This document shows positions 10,926-22,600 of a stretch of DNA of 34,004 bases, piece after piece. The stretch is taken from contig NIVC01004829.1 of assembly GCA_002269645.1 (NCBI GenBank), positions 1-34,004 on the forward strand, in the 5' to 3' direction. The notes below the pieces were generated by a model. It had not been told where the DNA came from, did no database searches, and saw only the letters and a list, made by a program, of their open reading frames with translations. Position numbers and translations under genes: made by a program. The stretch's first letter is position 1. Each line of letters begins with the position of its first letter. This DNA comes from Macrostomum lignano. Its lineage: Eukaryota.

Positions 10926-11227
10926 GAGGCCAAGTTCCTTTCAAAACTGGCCTCCGCTGATGGCCAAATTCCTTTCAAAACTGGCCTCCGCTGATGGCCA
11001 AATTCCTTTCAAAACTGGCCTCCGCTGAAGGCCAAATTCCTTTACTAACTGGCCCCAACTGGAGGCCAAGTTCCTTTACTAACTGGCCCCAACTGGAGGC
11101 CAAGTTCCTTTACTAACTGGCCCCAACTCGAGGCCAAGTTCCTTTGCAAACTGGCCCCAACTCGAGGCCAAGTTCCTTTGCAAACTGGCCCCAACTCGAG
11201 GCCAAGTTCTTTCCTCAGCTGGCCTTC
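10926..11227 (+). repeat. 34-bp minisatellite (~9 copies), each unit an imperfect hairpin
   Basis: Unit GAGGCCAAGTTCCTTT(N4)AACTGGCC(N)6. The GGCC anchor recurs at 10928, 10962, 10996, 11030, 11064 and 11098. GGCCAAGTT/AACTGGCC is self-complementary. Confidence 0.95.
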
Positions 11228-11247
11228 GCTCGGCTAAATCTCTCTCC

Positions 11248-11646
11248 CAGTAGCGTAGCTAGGGGGGTAGACGGGGTAATATCCCCCATTTTGATGATTT
11301 ATAGGAAACGAAAGTGAGGTTTTTTTAAAAATGCAAAATAAGCGGCTCAGACTTAGCAAAATTGCCAAAACGGGCCTATTTCACTCGTAAATTGCTACGC
11401 TCGTAATAAAATGTTTTAAACGATATTTCCGCAAATCCCTAGTTACTAAACTGCCCTAGTTAGGACAGACGTCTGCCGGCTTTATTCTGATTTTAACAAA
11501 GTAAAGTTTTTTTAGCCTAAAAAACATAATTTTGATACTTTTTAAATGCATTTTTTTCAGGAAAAAATGAAAAAAACTATTTTATCAGTCAATTGTTTTG
11601 TCCCTAAAAGTTATCCCCCCTTTTCAAAATCCTAGCTACGCCACTG
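11248..11646. mobile_element. MITE with CAGTGGCGTAGCTAGG-type TIRs (hAT-like, family uncertain)
   Basis: Left CAGTAGCGTAGCTAGG (11248-11263), right CCTAGCTACGCCACTG (11631-11646), 15/16 complementary. AT-rich non-coding interior. Flanks TCTCTCTCC and CGTCTCTCC (7/9). Confidence 0.8.
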
Positions 11647-12140
11647 CGTCTCTCCCCATGCACGCGGTCCCACGCACGTCCCGCATTTGTTCCAGGCAGC
11701 CCTATAGGGATGCTGGACTGATTCAGCTCCGGCGGCAACATCCTCGCCGTGACCTTGCATGGTTTGTCTTGGTCGTGTTGTGGGTACATGTGCAACATGC
11801 CGGTTTTACCCAGAAGTGCACCTGTGCGTATCAGGTACCTCTGGCCACAGCTATAAGGAACAGGTTTTTACCCTCTGACCTCTGACTGGGTATGTGGCCA
11901 GTCCGCAGGCTTTAATCCTTGTATCTCCAAGGGGCCCAATGCGGTAGCACCGCGCAGTACGTGGCTCTTAGCCGAGGAGCTTCTCAGCTGCTTTTGGTGG
12001 GGCCGTTAAGGGCTAAGGTCACCCCGGTCGCTATCTTTTGGCTAGCTCTTGAGGCCTGGACGAAGGAAAAAGGTAAGACCCCGAATTATTCCTTGCACTG
12101 TTTTTTGCTGTTTTCAGGACCCTCTCGATTCCCAGGCTAG
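11647..12140 (+). other. Structured GC-rich segment homologous to the 9733-10740 leader
   Basis: Three colinear homology blocks with the minus strand of 10350-10563, strong local stems, and a 45-nt GT-AG intron-like sequence at 12073-12117. Confidence 0.5.
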
Positions 12141-13048
12141 AGCTGGAATACTCGTACCCGACCCTAAAACTTAGCACAGGCGGACCTCTCTGACAGAAAC
12201 ATCTGTGCCATTCAGTCCAATCATTGTATAGTGGAAGATACACGAATTCAAACGGCTGCAAAAAACCGTAAATGTTCATTCAAAGTAGCAGCGTAAATAT
12301 TTTAAAAGTTTGCTTAGCGCTTCAAATTTTCGTTTAATTTAGTGCGAGTACCCGTTCACACATGTATCGGTCTCGCTAGCGCGGAAACAGCTATTATACT
12401 GTAACTGTATGAACCAAAGGTAGCGTAAATGAATTTGAAAAGCAAGTCCAGGAAGGAACTGACAGAAACAGCTGAAGTAAAAAATTACAGAAGAGGCGCA
12501 AAGCTGCAAAGATACTCATAGCATATCAGATAATAAACTATAGCTAGCTGTATTTTCCTTCTTTCAATCTGAAAATAATCGAAAACCATACAGCCTTTTG
12601 TTGGATTAAGGAAAATTGTAAATAGTACTTGAGCTCCATGATAATCCCCAAGCCCCTAGCCTTGTAAAGGGGGAGTTAATTTACTCCCAAAATGGAAGCG
12701 CCAGAAAAACCGGGGTTTAAAACCCCCCGGCACTCAGCGGAGAGGGGAGGCGCGGAGGAGAGGAGGGCGCAGGGGTGTGGAATCATAAAAATCCGGCCCA
12801 CTTCATCGCTTTTCATTCTGGAACCTTGAGTAGGCATAAAATGCACATTTATCCCATGTCATACCATTGGAGTCTAGTGAGACATAGAGAGATGGGATCT
12901 ACACTCATTGCCGGTCCAATAAGGATCCGATAGCGAAAGCGCCCCTCTGGTACATTGCTTCCATTTCGGGACTAAGTTGACATTCCCTATTGGCAAAATC
13001 ATAACAAATCTGATGCTGAGCCCTCACCCTCACCAGTGAATTCTGCTG

Positions 13049-14803
13049 TCAGGTTTGGCAGCTCGGCATGGCTTTCACTTCAACGCCGGTCCCCGTGTCG
13101 CAGTTTGTCGGATTGTTTACTTCGTCGATGCGCGCCTTCCCACTACGTCGCAACCAGGCCAGGATGAAGTCGTGCAGCAGCTCGATCAGCTCGCACATAG
13201 TCAGGAGGGACATGCCGAGGTACATGCCCATGATGCCGCCAACGTCGCCAAAGAAGCTGTCTATCGAATACGCGTAGGAGAAGGAAATCCGATTGGCGGT
13301 GCTTTTCTGGCTGGTGACGCGCAACTTCAGCCAGTTCTCGCGCACGTATCTCTGCACATCTGCAGCAACGTCCGTGCTGGCATTGGCGGCAGTAAGCAAG
13401 GAGTTGGCGAATTCCAACGCTAAAAGTTGCTCGCCAAGAGGCGCATTCTTCAGTCGCAGTTTCACCAACGCAAGCACCATGCTGGTGTCACCACCTGGGG
13501 GCCAGGGAACGCTCGATGCGGTGGTGACCTGATAGCGGCGCTGCACGCACAGCATTTGGTGTTCGCACTTGGCGCTGTCGCTTGAAGGTGCTTTGCTGCC
13601 CGTCTCCAGGGTGCCGCTGGTTGCATTCGGCAGGAGGATCTGCGTGTTGAAGAAACCGTCGCTCTCAGAGAGATTCCAGATGGATTTCTTGCTGCTGCCG
13701 AGCCACGGCTGCGGCATGTAGCCCAAGCTGCCGTTGATGGCTTGTTCGAGATCCTCCATCTGTGACGCATAATAGCAGTACTCCTTGCTGTACTTAAACC
13801 TGTAGGCGGAATTGTTGTACGGATTCAAGAAGTACACGTCGCTGTGGCTGGGCAGGCACTTTTTATTTCCAAACTGGTCAATATCGTAAGCCTCCTCCTG
13901 CATGCTGAGCTGAAGTGTGTGAAATTTACCCCCTTCAAGCAGCTGATTTGTGTCGAACGGATTTGGATAACGCCCAGGCGATACGATGTAAAGCCGAACC
14001 TCCGGCTGGTTCTTGGAGGTGAACCAGACCTCTGGGGCGAGCATCCACCTGGGCGGTCGCAACTGCTTGCCATAGAAATCCGTCAGGCTCGGCAAGCTGG
14101 CATTCTGCGCCGGCTTCGGCATTCTATCGTCTGGGGTGTCCATCATCAGAGTGATGAAGACGCCATTGAAGGGACCGGCGGTTTTCAGCAGACCACGCTG
14201 TGTGTCTGTCAGACGCAGCCGGAAGCAGCGCAGGTGATACGGATGAAAGAACTCTTCGAGTTGGAGATCCATCACAGTGGTCTTCAGTCCCGAGCCAACA
14301 GCCATCTTCGCCTCCATCACAGTCTGGGCCATGGTGCGTCCCAGCTTGTCGATGGCCAGGTCAAAGGGCAGACAGTTCGTGTAGAGGAACTGCGCCAGCA
14401 GCGGCAGCGCCGAGCACGCGAGTGGCTTTCCGGTAGAGTTTGCGGGACACCAGCGCTCAAGTGCTGCGGTCACGTCAGCGAACCTGGCCTTCACCTCTGC
14501 CGCCACCTGGGCTCCGGCTGCCAGGTAGCGACTGCCGGAAAACGGACTATCAAAGCAAAAGTACAAATCGGGGAACTCGAATTTAAGGCTGTCGGCCTCG
14601 TAGCTGCTGGACACAGAGACGTGGCGCAGCTGGTTGATGAAAGTGGCGCAGTTCCTGGCAAACAGGACAGCCATGGCGAGGAACAGCAGCAGCCAGAAGA
14701 TCCTAACGGCCAGGGATCGATCGCTGACGGTTCTGGCCAAGCCGTGGGCGGAGGTGCTGGCGATGCAGCGGCTGACGATCTGGCCAGAGGTGACGGCTGA
14801 CAT
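13049..14803 (-). CDS. Divergent DEG/ENaC (ASIC/degenerin) family sodium channel, 584 aa, intronless
   Basis: N-terminal STSAHG motif, TM1 RIFWLLLFLAMAVLF, post-TM1 FEFPDLYFC, and TM2 signature FFGDVGGIMGMYLGMSLLTMCELIE with the GxS filter. Confidence 0.93.
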   Translation of the reverse strand: MSAVTSGQIVSRCIASTSAHGLARTVSDRSLAVRIFWLLLFLAMAVLFARNCATFINQLRHVSVSSSYEADSLKFEFPDLYFCFDSPFSGSRYLAAGAQVAAEVKARFADVTAALERWCPANSTGKPLACSALPLLAQFLYTNCLPFDLAIDKLGRTMAQTVMEAKMAVGSGLKTTVMDLQLEEFFHPYHLRCFRLRLTDTQRGLLKTAGPFNGVFITLMMDTPDDRMPKPAQNASLPSLTDFYGKQLRPPRWMLAPEVWFTSKNQPEVRLYIVSPGRYPNPFDTNQLLEGGKFHTLQLSMQEEAYDIDQFGNKKCLPSHSDVYFLNPYNNSAYRFKYSKEYCYYASQMEDLEQAINGSLGYMPQPWLGSSKKSIWNLSESDGFFNTQILLPNATSGTLETGSKAPSSDSAKCEHQMLCVQRRYQVTTASSVPWPPGGDTSMVLALVKLRLKNAPLGEQLLALEFANSLLTAANASTDVAADVQRYVRENWLKLRVTSQKSTANRISFSYAYSIDSFFGDVGGIMGMYLGMSLLTMCELIELLHDFILAWLRRSGKARIDEVNNPTNCDTGTGVEVKAMPSCQT

Positions 14804-15147
14804 TCTTGCTGAACTGTACTTTCCGCTGCAAGCTGGCGTGTGTTCAAACGTTAGCGATCAATGTTTCTCTTGAACCCAGTCAGGGATCGGCTGAAATTCA
14901 GGGACCGGGTCAGACTAGTAAGTGGCGATTTTTATGAGCGCTCGAGGGCACCGACTGTTCAAATAGAGCTTCACCCAATCCAAACACGAAGTAGCAAAGG
15001 GCACAAGAGGAGCTCAGCTCTTCAATCAACTGAACTTATGTTGACACCAAAGTCATGCATTAATCAAACTGACAGGTAAAAAGCCATTGTTGCAAGTCTA
15101 TCAACATTAACTGTTGCTTGTAACTGGGATCCCAGCACACTAGAAAT

Positions 15148-15480
15148 AGGATCTGGTCACTACGGGAATGAGATCTGGTCACTACAGGAATGGGATCTGG
15201 TCACTACAGGAATGAGATCTGGTCACTACAGGAATGGGATCTGGTCACTACAGGAATGAGATCTGGTCACTACAGGAATGGGATCTGGTCACTACAGGAA
15301 TGGGATCTGGTCACTACAGGAATGAGATCTGGTCACTACAGGAATGGGATCTGGTCACTACAGGAATGGGATCTGGTCACTACAGGAATGAGATCTGGTC
15401 ACTACAGGAATGGGATCTGGTCACTACAGGAATGGGATCTGGTCACTACAGGAATGAGATCTGGTCACTACAGGAATGGG
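15148..15480 (+). repeat. 22-bp minisatellite (~15 copies)
   Basis: Unit (G/A)GATCTGGTCACTACAGGAATG, lying between the divergent channel and tetraspanin genes. Confidence 0.97.
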
Positions 15481-15936
15481 GCACCCCAAAAACGGCTGAG
15501 ACGGAGATCAACTCGCCCTGGAGCCGAAGAAAGTTTTGAGTCGCATTGGATCGCAGACCCAGCTAGCGGACTGACTGTTCGCACAGTTAAGCCGAGCCAT
15601 TCCTGTCGATTATTCGCTCAGCACTCGGCGCCAAATATATCTGAATATTTTTTATCTCGCAGAATGATAAGTCAGGCAGGCAGGCAGGCCGCTCCACACA
15701 CGGCCACTCAGGTGTTTTGAATAAAAAGCTGCTCCGTTGCTAGGATACGCTGTTATCAGCTGCATTCCAGCTTGTACAGTGCCTCTGTTGGTCACAATGC
15801 ATGGCGAACTCAACATTTAATCCTCCGAACTTTCGAGCTTGTAACGGAGAGGCTTTTTTCACCCGAGCGCGGATTCAAGTCGGAGTCAGTCGCAAACTTT
15901 ATTCGCCATTTAGAATTGAGTCATCGGTGAGTCATC

Positions 15937-19103
<3,167 letters not shown>

Positions 19104-19467
19104 AGCAGAAACGGCGAAAAGGCGGGTTTCTGCTTTCCAAGGCACCAAACGACAGCACAATTATCGATTCTATTTACTAATGTACAAATAATCTTGTTGA
19201 AAAAAAGAACTTGAACGAATTTGAGTTGTAATATCAAGTGCTACAACAAGTACGCTACTGTACTATTGTATCGCAAATAAAATCGATTAACACCTTTTAA
19301 ATAATATAAACACGCACCATCAGAACCAGAGTCCCCGCTCTATTCACAATAGAAAAAATTCCTTTCTGCAGAGTGCGCAAAAGGTTGCGCTCAAAATATT
19401 CATATAAGATTTTTGCAGCATAAAGAGTCATTAAAGAACAAGCCATCTACGAGCAACTTCTGTCACT

Positions 19468-19665
19468 CAGTCCTTCATCCAGTGGATTCCCAGCCTCCGA
19501 ATTCCCCATCAGTTAGTCCTTCATCCAGTGGATTCCCAGCCTCCGAATTCCCCATCAGTTAGTCCTTCGTCCAGTGGATTCCCAGCCTCCGAATTCCCCA
19601 CCAGTCAGTCTTTCATCCAGTGGATTCCCAGCCTCTCCATCAGTCAGTCCTTCATCCAGTGGATT
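19468..19665 (+). repeat. 46-bp minisatellite (~4 copies)
   Basis: AGTCCTTCATCCAGTGGATTCCCAGCCTCCGAATTCCCCATCAGTT-type units start at 19469, 19515, 19561 and 19607. Confidence 0.93.
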
Positions 19666-22600
19666 TTGATCCTCACAGGCGCCGCCACTGCCGCAGTCTC
19701 GGCGCTGGGGGCGGCCGATACTCGCCGCTGCCTAGACAAAGCGGGTCCCTTTGATCTCGCCGCCCTGGCCCTGCCTTTGGAGGCGGCGACTCTCAGCCGG
19801 TCCTGGCGGAGCTGCTCGAGCCGGTCCAGCTGGCGCAGGTTGCGCCTCAGGTCCACCTGCTTCTCGATGGGCAGGCGGTCCAGCCGCGCCGTGGTCACTA
19901 GGCGGATGCACTGCGTCAGCGGGGTCGGCGCCACCTCCTCGGCCGTCACGTACTTCGCCGCGTCCTCACCGTCGATGATGGGGTGCATCCAGGTGGACCG
20001 GCGGTCGCCGCTGAGGCCCGTGCCCGCCGGCTTGAAGATGTGGAAGAAGATTTCCACAGCATCCGACTTGCTCAGCGTGGCGGCACCGCTGACTCCCCGG
20101 CCCCTCCTGCTGTGGAAGGCTTCCAGGGTGTCCGACACCTCCCGGTGCGCCGGGAAGAAGCCGCAAACGTTGAACAACTTCATGAGGTCGCGCTCGCCCA
20201 GGCTGCCCTCGAAAGCCGTCGCATCGAATCCGATCTCGAGGCCTGCGAGCGACGATTGAGCACGGCTGAGCACAAGTTCCACATCCCAGTCACCCACATC
20301 CCAGTCACCCACATCCCATTCACTCTCATCCCCAGTCACCCTCATCGCCAGTCACCTACATCGCCAGTCACCCGGCCACGACCCCAACTCACGCCGCTTG
20401 TCCTCCATAAACTGGTCGAGCTGGTCCATGTCGAATCGAACCTCGGGCCGCTTCGTGGCGCCCGTGGCGGCCCGCACGATGCGGTGGATCAGTGCGCAGT
20501 AGTAGGCGAGGAACTCGCGCAGGCCGGGGAAGCCGTGCAGCCGGGCTTTGGCGGTCAGCCGGCGGAGGAACCGGCGGACCAGGTGGCCGCGCACCGTCTT
20601 CTGGATGATGACGGCCGCGATGTGCCTCTGGCGCTGCGTTGGACCGCGCCTGGGCGGATGGAAGCTCCTGAGAGGGTGTCACGGGGTCTTCGACAATAAT
20701 GGATAGCTGCTGGGTCACTAGCTGAGATTAAATGGATAAAATTTGAAAAATCAGGTGGCTTTGAAAAGTGCAGGTTTTAATAGGCCGGGATTAGCAATAA
20801 AAAAATCAGGATCAAATATGAGTCTCGCTAGCGATCAACCACAAAAATCGCCAAATATCTGCACTGAGAATCGCCAATCGTCTATAAAGACGCCAGAAAT
20901 TTTCCTAAGGAAGCGATGCAAGCCGGACACTCACTGATAAACTTCCACGTGCGGCCCAATGACCTCCAGCTTGGACTCCAGCTTTGCCGCGTGCTCAGAC
21001 GTTCTGAAACGGTTGAATAAGTTGTTGCCAGCTTGGTTTCGGGCCTCGGATCATGACTCCTACATGCATGTATAGGAGAATGATTGAATTTCGAGTAGGG
21101 GCAGAGTAGGAGCAGGAGTAGGAGCAGAGCAGAGCAGGAGCAGAGCAGAGCAGAGCAGAGCAGAGCAGAGCAGAGCAGAGCAGAGCAGAGCAGGAGCAGA
21201 GCAGAGCAGAGCAGAGCAGAGCAGAGCAGAGCAGAGCAGAGCAGGAGCAGAGCAGGAGCAGAGCAGGAGCAGAGCAGGAGCAGAGCAGGAGCAGAGCAGG
21301 AGCAGAGCAGGAGCAGAGCAGGAGCAGAGCAGGAGCAGAGCAGGAGCAGAGCAGGAGCAGAGCAGGAGCAGAGCAGGAGCAGAGGAGGGGAAAGCCAAGA
21401 GAACAGGAGCAGAGCAGACAAGGCCCACCAGCAGCACACGCGGCTCACTCTGTCTTCTTCTCCTCCAGCTTGGCCCGCCTCGCAGCCGCCTCAGTGCGCA
21501 GCCGCCTGTCGCAGCCGTCAGTCCAGTCAGTCTTGGCTGACGCAGGCCTCGACTCGATACGCTTCTTGCGCTGAAGGTGCCGGCGAAATTCGCTGCCTCG
21601 GGAGGGGGTTTTGAATGTACGATAGAATGTCCCAGTTTACATTTAAATGTCACAATGAAGAAATGTACCCCAGCATATTGGTATTTCCGATGCGGTACAT
21701 CGAATCGATAAAAGTTCCTTAGACTATTCAAGATGAAAACCGGTGCTGTAGGAACAAATTTCAAGATTATGGAACTGAATTTAGAGTCGTTCAGTGGTTT
21801 TAAGTTCGCACAATGGAGTCTTCAATTCATTTTTGAACTTTAATTATCGGTAGCAAAGTTACTTTAAATAAAGCAAGTCTGTCGAAACATGTTTGGTAAG
21901 TTAATTTAAATAGAAAACTGGTTTATTTCAAAAACAAACTTTGCTTAAGTCTTCACACATTCAAATAAGCAGTCTATCGCACGCATTAAACAATGCTACA
22001 AACAGTCCGATAAGTGTCGGGCGCTTTCAAGTCTCGTTCCAGGTTGCGGCAGGGCTGCTTAACGGCGGTAGGAGCCCTTGCCGCGGGGGCCGGGACCATA
22101 GTACTCGTATTCTGGCTCGTAGCCATAGCCGCCGTAGCCGTAGCCGCCGTAGCCGGGACCATAGCCGGGACCATAGCTGGGACCATAGCTGGGACCATAG
22201 CCGGGACCATAGCCGGGACCGTAGCCGGGACCGTAGCCGGGACCGTAGCCGGGACCGTAGCCGGGGCCGTAGTCACCGTAGCCATATTCGGGGCCATAGC
22301 CACCATAGCCGTAGTCGTAAGTGTCATAGACCTCCACAGTGTCATAGCCACCACCGTAGGCCACGGCGATCAGAGCGGCGAGGAAGAGCAGGCACTTCAT
22401 ACTGACGCTGATTGAGATGTCGATCGGTTTGTCGAGTCAATGTAGAGGCTTCTTGATTGTAGCTTGAGTGACGTCTCAGGCTGGCTGAGACGCTTTGTAT
22501 TTATAGGCGTTGGGCCAGTGGAATTTCAGCTTAATCTGCAACCCCCCAAATTCTCCACCCCAACAGAATTTCAGCAGAGCCGGTAGGTGGGGGGTAGAAA

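Noticed and set aside
10926-11227. CRISPR-like array (palindromic 34-bp units)
   Set aside because: Units are directly tandem with no unique spacers, there are no cas genes, and the locus is eukaryotic.
13844-14800. 318-aa ORF antisense to the channel (and other shadow ORFs over the channel, IQCM exons, GYGP gene and LINE)
   Set aside because: Expected antisense openness of GC-rich codon usage, with no recognisable motifs.
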